Positions 1-15,230 of a DNA stretch of 64,000 nucleotides are shown here, one piece after another. The stretch's first letter is position 1. Each line of letters begins with the position of its first letter. The translations under genes were made by a program, and so were the position numbers. Source of the DNA: Octopus sinensis (taxonomy: Eukaryota); NCBI RefSeq assembly GCF_006345805.1, contig NC_043003.1:42098001-42162000 (forward strand). Reading direction: 5' to 3'. The notes beneath the pieces are model-generated. The model did not search any database, was not told where the DNA came from, and saw nothing but the letters and a program-made list of their open reading frames with translations.

Positions 1-556
1 TGTCTATACAGATATACATATGCATGTGAAGGTGTATGTTTGTGTGTTTGTGTGTGTGTTTGTATACATACGCGAAATAGATGATAAAGTTTATAAAATT
101 TTAGAACACAAAAAAAAATAAATTAAAAAAAGAGAGAGTCAGACAGACAGAAAGAGAAAGAGGGTGTGTGTATATTTGTGTTTGAGAAAGAGAGCGACAG
201 AGAGTGATAGAGAGAACCTAATGTAGAGAGTAAATATCTTTGGATTTTGTGATCTATCATCCACCTCCTGAAATAAATTTCACTGCATATAATGGAAAAG
301 ACCAAAATGAAAAAAAAAGGAAAAAAACTCTTCGTCCGGGTGAAATGAGAATTAGTTTTAAAGGAATTTACCAGAATGATATGCATTTATTCGAATCTGT
401 TTTAATATTTCGTTTAATATTATTTCATAATGCTTTCTTTCATTGCACTTCATTATCTTCGAAATTTTAAAGACTGAGATAGCAGCTATTTATGACACCA
501 GTGCCGACAGTGCCTATATGTGCATATGCATGTGTGTATGTATGTACATATATATG

Positions 557-588
<32 letters not shown>

Positions 589-1052
589 AGTGTGTGTGTG
601 TACAAATAACACGGGAAAAATAAATAGCTACCAGGGTAGCAAAAATTCACATAAGGGCCAAATATATTATAGCGTACTTATAGAGGTAGAAATTCCGGGG
701 TTAAGTGAAATTTTTATATAAAATTGACAAATTAAGAAATAGAGTTAGACGCAGTTGTTATTCAACCGAATGTGATTAACCGAAAGTGATTACGCGTTTA
801 TGAGCGTCCCCTTCACCGTATACGGTGTATTTATGTGTTTTGTGGCTCTTTTTGCCTGACAAGATGATTGCAATGTTTTATATCATTTTATTCCCTCTGG
901 AACAATATCAATGTTTTCTTCGAAACATATGTCGGAAGTATAAAGATTTGAACAAAACCAGTGTTTGACTCCATTTCTTAATTTATATGTGTGGGTATAT
1001 ATATACGTACACACATATACACACACACACACGCACATATATACATGTATGC

Positions 1053-1090
<38 letters not shown>

Positions 1091-1146
1091 CCACACGTGC
1101 GGCGTTGGCGATTTATTTTCTATTTGGACTTATTTCTTTCTCCTTT

Positions 1147-1193
1147 CTGACAAAAAGAGCTAGGCTCGAAACGTTAAATATTCTCCTTACGTC
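1147..1193 (+). ncRNA. Degenerate type I hammerhead ribozyme motif, Penelope-type
   Basis: ctgacaaaaa (decayed CUGANGA), stem II gagc-tag-gctc, GAAA, stem III acgt/acgt, GUC triplet at 1191-1193. G8 is lost and stem I is weak. Confidence 0.4.
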
Positions 1194-1264
1194 ATCACGG
1201 TGTTTTTTTCTTCTGTTTTTCTCGTTTCATTCTTCTTCATTTTTATATTGCTTTTTTATAGGAT

Positions 1265-1339
<75 letters not shown>

Positions 1340-1515
1340 TATGTATGGATGTATATGTATATATTTATATACATATATATATATATGTGTGTGTATGTAT
1401 GTGTATGCATATGTGTATATATGTGTCCTCATCTCTATTCAATATTACAGGCAAAGAGTGAATATTCGGAATAAAAGGAATTTCCTTCCCTTTCTACGTA
1501 CATATATATATATAT

Positions 1516-1603
<88 letters not shown>

Positions 1604-2181
1604 TTAGATAGATAGATAGATAGATACACATACGTATAGATTTTTATACATATGCACGTCCTCGCCCACTCGCACACACACACACGCGCATATATGAATG
1701 CATTCATAGTCTCCAAATCATTCCGAAATATTCTGGAGAGCAATGAAAATATAAACACGTAATCAAAAACTAATTTTGTCCAATTTAAACATTCTCTTCG
1801 TAGACCATATATTGCCACGGCTTATAGAAGCCACATTCACTTATTTAGGGAGGGAAATAAAACATGGATTATGCATTCAACCAAAAATCTACGCATATGT
1901 ATATACCACTAACGGTTCATAAGTTCATAAAATGTGCAGATCAGAAACAATCGGCCCGATGTAAAACAAAAAGCAACCACAAAATTGACCTTTATTTTGT
2001 ACAATCACTTATGAAACAATACGGTAATAAAACAGTCGCCAGATACATTAAAAGTTGTGGTTTTTGTTTATGTGGTAGCTATGGTGGCTTCCACATCAAT
2101 TCAACGTAGGAAAAACGAAATGCTGATGCTGTAATCTACTAACACAAGAAGTGGTTAGAGTATTTCAAGAGGGGGGAGCAC

Positions 2182-2214
<33 letters not shown>

Positions 2215-2651
2215 ATGTGTGTGTGTGTGTGTCTGTGTGTGTTTGTGTGTTTGTGTGTGTGTGTGTGTGTGCATGCGTGCGTGTGTGTGTGCGCTTACGC
2301 GTGTATGTGAATGATGTCTATATGTATGTGTATATCTATCGAAACTTCTCTTAAAGACATTTTTCCAAGGAATTCACTACTATAAGCGACTTCGACGTCA
2401 ACGTTATCGTGAAGGCTAGAAAGTTAATTCCGGTTCACGACAATTTCTTCTGATTGAAGAAAAAAGTTGTTCTACAGTTCGACATTTCTGAGAGGAGATA
2501 CAATCGCGATGAGATCACGGGTCTCATCGGGTTATTTATCACAAGCACACACATAGGTTGGCCCTTTTACAAGAAGGATGAGCGATATGAACGGCTATGC
2601 CATGAACATGTTTAAGGAGAACCTGATAAAAAAAATCAAGAATTACACATA

Positions 2652-2858
2652 CAGTAATTTCTCGCCATATCGCGGTTCACCTATCGCTCACTCAATACAT
2701 CGCAAACTTTTTCTGGTTAATATATGTAAATTTACATCGCGGACTAATCAGTATATCCGGGTTTCTGCAGCCGATAGCTATTTATATTTTTTTAGGTTTT
2801 TATTAGTTCTGTGTGAAGTTTTGGAACGTAACACACGCAATACTCGAGGGATTACCAG
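2652..2858. mobile_element. pogo/Tigger-like MITE
   Basis: TA-flanked. Left end cagtaatttctcgccatatcgcg matches the reverse complement of the right end (ctggtaatccctcgagtattgcg). Confidence 0.6.
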
Positions 2859-2863
2859 TATTA

Positions 2864-2918
2864 CATGCGCTGAATTATCTATGCGCTGAATTGTCGGGCA
2901 CTGAACTGTCGGTACTCC
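2864..2918 (-). mobile_element. DNA transposon terminus with tandem subrepeats, possibly MULE-like
   Basis: Three copies of (g)cgctgaatt-like units ending gtcggtactcc. No partner end found. Confidence 0.3.
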
Positions 2919-3025
2919 ATATATAAATATACATATATACATCCCTATATTCATAATTACATACCTACATGCTTGCATACATAATACATACATACATACA
3001 TACATACATGTATACATACATGCAT

Positions 3026-3326
3026 GAGACCCTCTTCGGTCTTGAATGACCATGGGATTGTACCTAGAAAGGTACCCTCCGAGGCACAAACCCATGCCTA
3101 CCAGCTCCCGCTCTCTACCCCACTGATGTTATCCATAGGAAAGGCAAAGGCCGATACAGCTTGGGACCAGTGATGTTGCAACTCATTTCTACAACTGAGT
3201 TAACTCGAACAACGTGAAATAAAGTGTCTTGCTCAAGAATACAGCACGTAGCCCGGTCCGGTAATCGAACTCACAGCCTCACAATCGTAAGCTCGATGAT
3301 CTAACCACTGAGCCATGCACCTTCAC
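3026..3326 (-). mobile_element. tRNA-derived SINE, family B
   Basis: Reverse-complement homolog of 19123-19461 with A/B boxes and ttgagcaagacactt core; internal deletion of about 40 bp. Confidence 0.85.
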
Positions 3327-3594
3327 ATTAATACATACACGCAAATGTACTCAGTAATCATGCTTATATATTATCTTTCAACCTACCTGTCTGTCTGTCT
3401 ACGTACGTACATATTCATCTATCTGTCTATATACTTATGCATCACTCACTTTCTCCCATCTCTCCACACACACACAGGCACTCATTAACACACAAACACA
3501 CTCACACAGACACACGCACAGACACACGCACAGACACACACACACACATGCAGAAACAAAGAAACACATATACATACATAAATATATAAAAATA

Positions 3595-4130
3595 TACCTA
3601 AATGCATAATCCCCCTGTTATGGAATACATACATAAACACCAACTCAAGGAATGCTGGTGGAATATTCCCATCAAAACTTCTGTCAAATCTAAACATAAC
3701 AGGCCGGATATTGTTGTTCGGGACAAGGGACAAAGGTATTTATCGTCATAGAGACCAGCTGCTCTGCAGATATGAATATCTCTTTGAAAATCAAAGAATT
3801 TGTGAATATCTATGGACAGCTGCTTCGAAACTCCCAGCTTCTATATTCAGACTATGAATCCATATTAATACCAATAATAATTGGAGCACTAGGTTTTGTT
3901 AGTAAATGGTTAAAAGAAAATCTGGATAAACTAGGATTTACAGAAAGATAATTACCTGGCTGATTCGTACATTACAAGTGCAATCTGTGAGTGGAACAGT
4001 AAAAATATGCGAGACTTTTCTCATGTTCCAAATGAGAATTTGTCTGTGTTAACTACATCGAAAGGATGGAGCCTTGTGTCGTCGTTGGAAACCTCAGTGA
4101 AAGATTTGTAATAATTAAAAAATAGAAAAG
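3595..4130 (+). mobile_element. R4/Dong-clade non-LTR retrotransposon 3' fragment, restriction-like endonuclease domain
   Basis: Frameshifted translation WWNIPIKTSVKSKHNRPDIVV...IETSCSADMNI...PIIIGALG...LQVQSVSGTVKIC, the PD-(D/E)xK RLE pattern. Second copy at 25015-26720. Confidence 0.85.
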
Positions 4131-4427
4131 ACGTACATATCCACTTATCTAATGATTTTCCATGAAGTCAACAACTTCTGACCTGCTGATCGTCAGTTAT
4201 ACTGGTGCGAAATAAAACTGAGACTGGCGGCTATGCATGCATGGATACAAATACACCAACATACAAATGTGTTTTACAAATATATTCGTATTAATAATAC
4301 ATGCGAATGAAATCATGGTTATATACAAATACTGTATATCCACCTACCTATTTATCTTCTTAGCTGATGCAAAACCAATATATACGTACATATTCATGTA
4401 TCTGTCTATATGCCTATGCGTCATTCA

Positions 4428-4461
<34 letters not shown>

Positions 4462-4548
4462 TTCTCCATACACACACACATGCACACATAAACATACTCA
4501 CACAAACACACACACATACACAAAGAAACACACGCACAAGCACATATA

Positions 4549-4770
4549 TACTCTTTTACTCTTTTACTTGTTTCAGGCTTGACTGTGGCCATGCTAGAGC
4601 ACCGTCTTTAGTCGAGCAAATCGACCCATGACTTATTTTTTGTAAGCCTAGTACTTATTCTATCGGTTTTTTTTGCCGAACCGTTTGGTTACGGGTACGT
4701 AAACACACGAGCATCAGTTGTCAAGCGATGTTGGGAGGACAAACACAGACACAGAAACACACACACACAC

Positions 4771-4809
<39 letters not shown>

Positions 4810-4997
4810 TATAATATATTCATACATACATACGACGAGCTTCTTTCAGTTTCCGTCTACCAAATCCACTCACAAGGATTTGGTCAGCCTGATGCTATAG
4901 TAGAAGACACTTGCCCAAGGTGCCCCGCACTGGGACTGAACCCCGAAACATGAGGTTGGAAAGTAAGCTGCTTACGATGCAGCCACTCCTACGCCTA
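4549..4997 (-). mobile_element. tRNA-derived SINE, family A (internal TA/CA microsatellite)
   Basis: Near full-length reverse complement of 41013-41426. Confidence 0.9.
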
Positions 4998-5016
4998 TAT
5001 ATAAATATATACATAC

Positions 5017-5063
<47 letters not shown>

Positions 5064-5875
5064 TATATATTATATATATATATATATCCATATCTTTACA
5101 TATGCATGTATATACGTATATATAAGAGAACAACCGCATAGATATACATAGATATGCGAAGTGAGTAAAATATGCACAATTATGCATATAATCATATCTA
5201 TGTATACATATGCACACATACACGCATACATGCAAACAAACATGCATACACATATACCCACACATACCTATACATGCGTACAGGTATGTACACATGTGCG
5301 TGTATACATTCTATAATACAAGATTTCACATATTTATTGATACTGGCATGACGACAAGAAATAGATTCACATACATACGTAGACGTGCACACAAACGTAT
5401 ATACCAAGATATACTTGATCGTTATAAACACGCATATACACGCATAATAAAACGCGTGCGTGTGCATGATCTAATGGCAAGCGGTCAGAGAGGGACATAT
5501 ATTAGAATCGGTCGTAATTTAGACACAATTGTGTCTTTGACTGATTCTTTGCAGTCAGTGAGTGAAAGACGTCAGCCATTGAAATTCAGATATATTAAGC
5601 TACTTCATCAATTAATATACTGGCCAATCTTCCTACTTATAGGACGGCTGGATGTGTGTACATGTATGTATGTACGTACGTATGTATGTATGTATGTATG
5701 TGTATGTATGTATGTATGTATGTATGTATGTATGTATGTATGTATGTATGTGTGTATCTATGTATGTATGTATGTTTATATATTTGCATAATCCCTTCCA
5801 TTAATATACATGCAAAGCCTTCCCCCACAAGACTAGCACAAAGACAAACGCACACGCATATATATTTATATACAC

Positions 5876-5939
<64 letters not shown>

Positions 5940-5972
5940 ATATTATATATATATATTATATATATATATATA

Positions 5973-6003
<31 letters not shown>

Positions 6004-6095
6004 TGCAGATAAATATTGATAGATAAATATAGATAGGCATTATATATACATGAAGTGTAAATAGACGCACCCACGTGTGTGTATGTGCGTGTATA

Positions 6096-6128
<33 letters not shown>

Positions 6129-6433
6129 TATATATATATATATATATAATGTTTTAACTAAGCAATAAGGGTTTAGCAACGAGTTGCCTTACCATATACC
6201 GAATTTAGAAATAGCAGTCAAAGGTTATAGCTATTGCTTCTACTAAAAAGGGAGATCTCAGTAAAAACAGCATTTGGAAGGCAGACACAAACAGGTAAGA
6301 GAGAATGAATGGACTGCAATCTATCATACATTTTTTTAGTTATCCACGGACGTACGTTTCGAAATCAAGTTTTTAGGAAAGCATAAGAATTAAAATATAT
6401 GTTTATATATATATATATATGTTTATATATATA

Positions 6434-6482
<49 letters not shown>

Positions 6483-6587
6483 CTATAATATATATATATA
6501 TATATATATATTTATATTATATATGTATGTATGTATGTGTGTATGTATGCATGTATGCTATATATTGTATTAATAATTATATACATA

Positions 6588-6962
6588 ATTATAACAAGGT
6601 ATCGAAAATAAGCCACTCCACTCGCTGAAAATAGATGTCAAATGACGCTAAAAGAACCTTAAAATACTAAAAAAAAACACAGGTTGTAGTCGATCAAGTG
6701 TGAATATATATTACTGTGCAATGTCGCTAATCGTGTGGGTATGTGTAGATACTTGTACATTTATATTCTGGAGTATTTCTGCTGATGCTGGAATATTTGG
6801 CCTGAAATTAGATGTGATATATGATTTACCAAAATTTTGAATTATTACCTCTTGCTCGCCGACAACCTGTGTTTCAGGTGTTTTTTTTAAGGTGGTTTTA
6901 GCGTCATTTGGCGTCTATTCTCAGCACGTGGAGAGGCTTGTTTCCGATCTCTTGTTATAACT
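6588..6962. mobile_element. MITE-like element with about 100 bp imperfect inverted termini
   Basis: 6588-6687 is the reverse complement of 6862-6962 (gctgaaaatagatgtcaaatgacgctaaaa vs ttttagcgtcatttggcgtctattctcagc); TA-rich flanks. Confidence 0.75.
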
Positions 6963-7217
6963 ATATATATAATTATTAATATAATATTTAGTAAATACAC
7001 TTATAATGTTTTTGTTTTCGTGATGACCACCTGATGAAATCATGAATAATTTTATCCTTTATTATATAAATGTGTGTGCGTGTGTGTGTGTATGTATTTA
7101 TGCATAAAAATATATTGATAGATTGATTGATATATGGGTAGCTCTGTATGCTAATCTATTTCCCTATCTATCCATCTATGTATGTATGTATGGATGGATG
7201 GATGTATCTATCTGTCA

Positions 7218-7278
<61 letters not shown>

Positions 7279-7317
7279 CCATTTGTCTATATATATATAT
7301 AATTTCTTTTACCGGTG

Positions 7318-8635
7318 TCAGCTAGAGGCTGGAATTTGCAGCCGTGCTGGAGCATCGCCTTTCAGTGTGTCTAGGTTCCTTTTCTGCTCTGTTTTTGGTG
7401 AAGCAGTGAGTTTCACGGAACCATTCTTCTGTGTACATCCCGCCGCAATTTAGCTTCATCTGCTATTTCAAATAAAAATTTTGTCCATGGCTCTTTAAAG
7501 ACCTCCACATTTACACCTCACAAACCTTGGAGGTTAATCAATAGAACGCTGAACAGTGTGTCCTTATTCGAGATAGGGAAAACCACATCTTTCGTACTAG
7601 GCAAAGTATTCCAGTTCTGTGGAGGTTATACCTTTCAATTCAAAATTGTGGATCTAGTCATGTAATCCTCTTTCACTTCGTACCTTTCACGCCTTTACTC
7701 TAGGAAGTAGATCTTCAATCTTTTTAGCATCATCCACTTGATCATCTGTTTTGTCGAGTCAATCTGCGTGTAATGGTTATTGATTGCCTCAAGTTCCACA
7801 TCATTATCACATTCTGTAGCAACCACAGTTCAGAACACTAATCTATGGTTTCCTCTTTCTGCTTCTCAATGATCAGAGAATCAATCCAGTTACTCGCCTG
7901 CATAGTTATAATATACACATGGAATGTTGCATCATTACCCATTTGGGTTGACAGGTCACGCACCAACTGTGGGATTGCGCTCACCCGCTATCTTGTGTAT
8001 TTCGATTGTAGTCTGTTTGTGGACTGATAGTGGAGTGCTTGACACTGCTCAGTATTGAACGCATGTTATTTCCGTGCGCCCATTTGTATGTTGCATGCAG
8101 ATCCTTTTGCAGTATTAGTGTGTCGCCAGATTCCATGACTATCTGTGATAATTTTGTATCATCAGCGTAACTGGTGATAATGGCTGACTGTATATCTGAG
8201 GGCATATCTTAGAGAGGCACCACAAACAGTAGAAGTCCCAGCACAGTTCCCTGAGAGACTCCGCTGTGAATTGATGTCTCCCCAGAGAGAATACGTTTGC
8301 TACAACTACTTGACTTCTGCATTTTAGAATCTCATGTAGGCACTCTCCTAGTTTTTCAGTTATATCAAGGTCACACAGTTTGTACATATCATCCCATGGT
8401 AAATTTGAGATATATCACATCCAAATTTGAATGTTTGTGCTATTTCAGTACCCATTCATAATGTTGTAGTAACTGTGTGAGGCAGCTCCCTCTCACGGAA
8501 GCCATATTGTGTATTTGTGGACAAGTTATATTCTCCCAGGAACGTGATCAGCTACGTTCTGACAATGCGTTCCTTGAATTTACTAACAAGTAAAGTCAGA
8601 GAGATAGGCCTGAAATTTTATACGTCTGTTTACTA
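7318..8635 (-). mobile_element. 5'-truncated, degenerate CR1/L2-group LINE (RT to 3' tail)
   Basis: Minus strand gives YRPISLT-like remnant, SGVSQGTVLGLLLF, ITSYADDTKL, LKRLKIYFLE, and the shared ggcgatgctccagca tail at 7318-7362. Confidence 0.85.
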
Positions 8636-9325
8636 TTGTGTTTGTGTGTGTGTGTGTGTGCTTTTACGATAATGAATAAACATTTATTACGAAAATTTCG
8701 TAGCAGATTATTTCAATGTTACTAGTTAACCTACCATTTAATGTATGAAAGATTTTGATAACATCTAAATTTCTTGAACATAGTTCAAATTCTGAGCTTA
8801 TTTCGCTCACATTACAACTCGTTAGCGAAAAACAGATTTCTGAAACCTGTAGGACAAGAACATGTAAGGTTCTGTGTTTTTCTGCGAGTACAAAAATATT
8901 TCACAAACAGAAGTAGTTACCTAATTACCCTCCATGAACTGTCACGTGAAAGCAATGAGTCAAAGTGCCTGGTCGCATAAATTTATATATTTCAAAATTC
9001 TTAATGAATTGCACCTGGAAAGAAATATTTAAATCAACTGAAATAAATCTTCTCATTTTTGTTTTCTTCCCAAAAAAAAGCAAAAAAAAAGCTAAATTGC
9101 ACGGTGGCATTTGTTTTGCAGCTCTCATGAGGAAAAAGAGTAATAATTTCAATAAATTATGAATGAATTTCACAGAAAAATTACTATTTATGTTGATGTA
9201 ATTATTCTCTTCCTCTTTCGCTATCAACGGTTCTACCACAGAACTTTACTTCGTTTTGTCCTTCTCTCTCTATCTTTCTCTCTTTCAGTCTCCTTTAATG
9301 TATGTATGTATGTGTGTGTGTATGT

Positions 9326-9608
<283 letters not shown>

Positions 9609-9659
9609 TATATACATACATACATATATATATATATACATACATACATATATATATAT

Positions 9660-9692
<33 letters not shown>

Positions 9693-9715
9693 CATACATA
9701 CATATATATATATAT

Positions 9716-10068
9716 GCGATGGGCTTTGATACGTTGGTGTCAATCGTTAGCACACTTGCCACGAAAACAAAGTGATGTGGGATCGAGTCCCACGCATTCG
9801 GGATAAACAAGATTTTACGTCCAGGACTTAATGACCACATTATTGCACGGTGTTCGCTTTATGCTTCTAAAATACTATTATATATATATATATGCGATGG
9901 GCTTTGATACGTTGGTGTCAATCGTTAGCACACTTGCCACGAAAACAAAGTGATGTGGGATCGAGTCCCACGCATTCGGGATAAACAAGATTTTACGTCC
10001 AGGACTTAATGACCACATTATTGCACGGTGTTCGCTTTATGCTTCTAAAATACTATTATATATATATA
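9716..10068. repeat. Tandem duplication, period 178 bp
   Basis: gcgatgggctttgatacg...cttctaaaatactatta is identical at 9716 and 9894, bounded by (TA)n. Confidence 0.95.
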
Positions 10069-10074
10069 AGTATG

Positions 10075-10115
<41 letters not shown>

Positions 10116-10116
10116 C

Positions 10117-10147
<31 letters not shown>

Positions 10148-10149
10148 GT

Positions 10150-10350
10150 GTGTTTGTCTCCCCAACATTGCTTAACAACCGATGTTGGTGTGTTTACGAC
10201 CGCCTAACGTAGCGGTTCGGCAAAAGTGAACGATAGAATAAGTACTAGGCTAGCGAAGAATAAGCCCTGGGCTCGATTTGTTCCACTAAAGGCGGTGCTC
10301 CAGCGTGGCCGCAGTCCAATGACTGAAACAAATGAAAGAATAAAAGAAAA
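10150..10350 (+). mobile_element. SINE family A, 3' half
   Basis: gatagaataagtactaggc...aaggcggtgctccagc...gactgaaac tail. Confidence 0.85.
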
Positions 10351-10351
10351 C

Positions 10352-10432
<81 letters not shown>

Positions 10433-10528
10433 TATACATACATTAATACATATATATGTATATATAGATACATGTATTGATGTATGTATACACACACACA
10501 CAGAGACATACACAGACACACACACGCA

Positions 10529-10599
<71 letters not shown>

Positions 10600-10602
<3 letters not shown>

Positions 10603-11162
10603 ACTCTTGTGGACACTGTTCTTGTTTTAGTCGGTGAATGCTCCCATAATCCTTGCTTTCAGTTCATCTTTCGTGTTACAAGGAGTTTTCTTGATCTTTC
10701 GCTCAACTGCAACCCACACATAATAATCCAAGGGTCTACCGTCTGGGGAGTTAGGTGGAGAGATGCTAGAGGTCATATAGTCACAGAAATTGTCTGGCAG
10801 CCATGTCTGGTTTCTCCCGCTCATGCAGCATTTCGTGTGGTTCTACTGCCGGGCATAAGGTCCTCCGTGTTGAACCTGACGCCCTGTAGGGAGATGAATG
10901 GAAACATAACTTCGCCATCATTAGCGATCACTTCAGACACCAAGATGTTGACTAGATGTTTGATTTTTATCACTCTCGGGTATATGTCCTCAGATCGCAC
11001 TGTCTTCAGATTGACACCTAAACACTCTGAAATGTTCGTATTAGAGCATGCAGCATGAATGCCAAGTAGTACAGCATGTTGTTTGCTATTTCTGTCGGAG
11101 TCAGTTGCGTCATGATGCTGTAATTCTCAAAGACGGTACCCATCTTACCCTACTCTACTGTG
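10600..11162 (-). mobile_element. Tc1/mariner transposase relic, maT/DD37D-like
   Basis: VIKIKHLVNILVSEVIANDGEVMFPF and SPPNSPDGRPLDYYVW...TPCNTKDELKARI; internally deleted. Confidence 0.8.
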
Positions 11163-11613
11163 TAGTTGACAAAATAAAAAACGAACAATGTGAAATTAAA
11201 AATAGAAAATGGCGGCAATTTACCCATTGTATATATATTTATATTTGTATAAGAGTGCTTCTGAGTGCGCCTGTGTGCACCTGTGTCTGTATGCATATAT
11301 CATATGTAACTCTTTTTCGTAAGTATCCCATTCTGTTAAATACTGCAATTAGCAAAAGGTCCAATAACAGTGTCAGTCTACATATATATTACATTTTATG
11401 TTATGATATATAAGTGCTCACTAATCCTTGACAAACCTTATGCCACACACAGAAACAAAATATGATCTCAAACAAATTGCCAACAACGCGAATTTGTAAA
11501 GTCGCGCGCAAGTGCATACACATACCTACACACAAGGAGACACATGCACAGACGGTAAAATGAGATGAATTCACAAGCACGCAAACACACACACACACTC
11601 TTTCTCTCTCTAT

Positions 11614-11651
<38 letters not shown>

Positions 11652-12049
11652 CACACACATACAAACACTCACGCACACACATAAATATATATGTATATAT
11701 ATGTGCAAATATTGTTTGCACATCTTTCTGTATAGATCCTTTAGTGTACGTGCTAACGCAATATGATACGTAACCTCTTATCTGCTGCTTTAAAATGACT
11801 ATGCGAGAATACACATGAAATGATACTGTATAACTTATTAAGTCACCCAACCGTTTCTGCGAAATATCTGCATATCTATCTTCAAATTTAGATACGTATC
11901 AGCATACTTGCATATAGAAACACGTAAAGAAATACGCCCACATTTATACACGCGCACACACACACACACACTCGCGCGTTCCCATACACGCATACACACA
12001 CATATGTATGCATGCGTATAATTACACTTACATACACATATATATCCTT

Positions 12050-12192
12050 TTCTACTCTAGGTATGGGGCCCGGAATTTTGGGGAGGGGATTAAGTCGATT
12101 AGACCGCCCCCAGTACGTAACTGTTACTTAATTTGAACTCAGAACGTAAAGACAGACGAAATACCGCTAAGCATTTCGCCACCTCGCCGCCT
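12050..12192 (-). mobile_element. tRNA-derived SINE, family C, internally deleted
   Basis: gacgaaataccgctaagcatttcgcc and ttgaactcagaacgt match 47481-47707. Confidence 0.7.
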
Positions 12193-12244
12193 TTTACATA
12201 TACATATATGCGTATATGTAAATATATATGTGTGTGTGTGTGTG

Positions 12245-12420
12245 TCGCCCGTCATTTCCGCTTGGGCAACCACTCATCCTCTAATATCTCCGTCTTTGTC
12301 CTTGCCCAGCACCATGGATTCACACACTCGTTACTCCGCCTGGAACAGCATTACATTTTCAGTCTACAAACTCAATTTCCTCGGACTCAACACAACGCCC
12401 TCCTTTCAACAACTGACTCT
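12245..12420 (+). mobile_element. Penelope-like element, GIY-YIG endonuclease C-terminal fragment
   Basis: VARHFRLGNHSSSNISVFVL...RLEQHYIFSLQT resembles the end of PLE GIY-YIG domains; followed by a T-rich tract. Confidence 0.6.
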
Positions 12421-13130
12421 AAAAAAGCAACTTTATTTATTTATTATTTTATTTTATTTTACTTCATCTTATTTTACCCTCTGTTATAACCACATTTTTT
12501 ACACTGTTACTCTTTTCCCGATTTTTTTATCGTTCTCTTTCCATCAAAGTGTTTAACATTGAAATTGCATTTTTTAATAATTGTATTAATATCTATCTTA
12601 TTCTTTAATTTTCATTCTTTTATTTTTCTATTTTTGTGAGAATCTTAATTTTTGTAATTTTTTATATCTTATACCCTTTCTCCTCCCCCTTTATTTATCG
12701 ATCTTATTTTATTATATTTTACTTTTTGTCTGTATACACGTACACATACACATGCGCGCACACACACGTACACACATATATGCACATTCTCCCTCACACA
12801 TGTACATACGCACATATACACACATGCACACACACATATATACACGCACACACATACACGCACAGGCATATAAACACACACATACATCTCACACTCATAC
12901 GTACATGCACACAAGTACACATAAATGGGCATTTATATACACACGCACAAACATGCGCACACATACATACACACACGCACATACACGCACACACACAGGC
13001 ATTCGCACGCGTCTGTGTGTGTATGTATACGTACGTGCGCGTGTGTGTGTATATCTACACACATATTCCATAGTGGGAATGCATTGATGCAGTACATATC
13101 TATATATACATATCTATATGTATGTGTGTA

Positions 13131-13170
<40 letters not shown>

Positions 13171-13197
13171 TATATATATATATATATATATACTTAG

Positions 13198-13385
13198 GCC
13201 CAGGAATGTCTGTATGATAAGAAGGTTGCTTCCTAACCACATGGTTCTTGCTTCAATCCCTCTGCGTGATACTTTAGGCAAGTGTCTTCTACTATAACCT
13301 CAGACCGACCAAAGTAGATTTGGTAGGCTATACCCTCAGGCCGACCATAGTAAATTTGGTAGACGAATCTGAAAGAAGCCTGTGG
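13198..13385 (+). mobile_element. SINE family A, 5' part with internal duplication
   Basis: aaccacatggttc...ggcaagtgtcttctactata; the ccgacca...tttggtag segment occurs twice. Confidence 0.75.
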
Positions 13386-13455
13386 TATGTATGTATGTAT
13401 GTATGTATGCATGTATGTATGTATGCATGTATGTATGCATGTATGCATGTATGCA

Positions 13456-13500
<45 letters not shown>

Positions 13501-13594
13501 GCGTCTGTGTGTGGTTTCAGTGTGGTAATTGACGGATAAGAAATATATCCTACGTAACCAATACTTACATAGCCACTTGAACGTATGTATTCAA

Positions 13595-13649
<55 letters not shown>

Positions 13650-14021
13650 ATTCGTTGTTGAAAATGCACCAGAATTTGAATAACCTGTAGTTGTTTTTAA
13701 TATATTTATTTACAAATATATTGTATTAGCACTTAAGATCGGCGGAATTGTTGTCAGTGGGCAGTCTAACTTAATGATAAAGCACTCAGCCAATGCCTTG
13801 TGAATGTGGGTTCGACTCCTATGGCTGTTCATAGTTTCCAATATTACTGTTGTTTTAATGGCGTTACTGCGTTCAAAATACCACATTTTAGTCTGCATCA
13901 TATAATACACACTCGTCGCTTCTAAAAACATAAATGGAAGTATGCTGATATGCATACATGGTTGTTACATGTACACTCACACACACACACACATATATAT
14001 GTATGTATGTGTGTATATAAT

Positions 14022-14074
<53 letters not shown>

Positions 14075-14121
14075 CTATGTCTGTGTGTGTGTGTATGTGT
14101 GTCTCTATGTATGTATGTATG

Positions 14122-14166
<45 letters not shown>

Positions 14167-15230
14167 CTGTATGGTATATAATCCATCAGTTTTCAAACGG
14201 CTATCAAAGCATATTCATAATATTTTCAATTACAACATACAAACATCGAACACAAAGACAATGTCAATTCATGCATGTATTCATGTATTTGTGCGCGTGT
14301 GTGTGAATGTATGTATACCAAATTTGAACGTCTTCGATCGAATAAGCGAGAGCTGCGCTGACTAAATTGTTGACTATGTGGTTTATTGTAACTGCATTTC
14401 GTATGTGTGTCTCGCGTCTTTTTAAACATATTTGGTGGAGAGCTAATGTTTCTTGGTTCGAATATAGTCTAATACTTCTTTCTGTCTTGTAATTACTTTT
14501 ATCTTGAGCTTACTGATTGGCTGTCATTTATCTCCTTCTTGATTGGTTATTTTATGATGGCGAGGTATGTTTGTAATGTGCGTAATCATTCTAGATTTAT
14601 TCAACTTTTTATGAATTTTCTATAACGAATAAATTTTCTGAATGTTATCAGTTTCTATCTAGGACGTTTTTCTCTCTTCTCTACTCTGTTTTATTTCATC
14701 GACTATTCACTGTGAAGTAAAACACGTAATAATAAATTCCTTGAATACTTACACTAACTTAACTCGTAAAATATTTAACTTAGTGTAAGAAATTTGCCTA
14801 TAGTTTTGTCATTTTTATGATCCCAAACAATGGTGAAATCGCGCATTACAAGATTACGATAAGTGATAATATTTAGACTGTTTGTACTGAGTATTAAATG
14901 TAATGATATGTATAGTCTATGGAACTTCTTCTTTACTCTTAAATTTAAAACTCAAACTTCTCATGACACCACGATTTAAAAATCTATTTAAGTGATTATC
15001 TCCTTCAGTGTAATAGCTCTCAGGGTCACACGTGTTCAAAAATACGCACGTGTATGTTTATGAGAAATAGTCTCAAATTGAAGACAAAACACATGTGTGT
15101 TAAAGAAACACTAACAGCACTGCAGATATCTTATAGCCCGAAATGTAATGGGAACTGATAACCATGAAACTACATCAGGACATTGAAATGTCTGAAATGT
15201 ATTTCAATGTTGTTTAAAATTTCGTTGAAA

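Noticed and set aside
5521-5536. Perfect 16 bp palindrome agacacaattgtgtct
   Set aside because: Close to chance expectation in 64 kb and without supporting context.
14510-14550. Paired ATTGG (CCAAT) boxes with an adjacent TGACAG site
   Set aside because: No transcript evidence; the minus strand weakly resembles a decayed Penelope 3' end.
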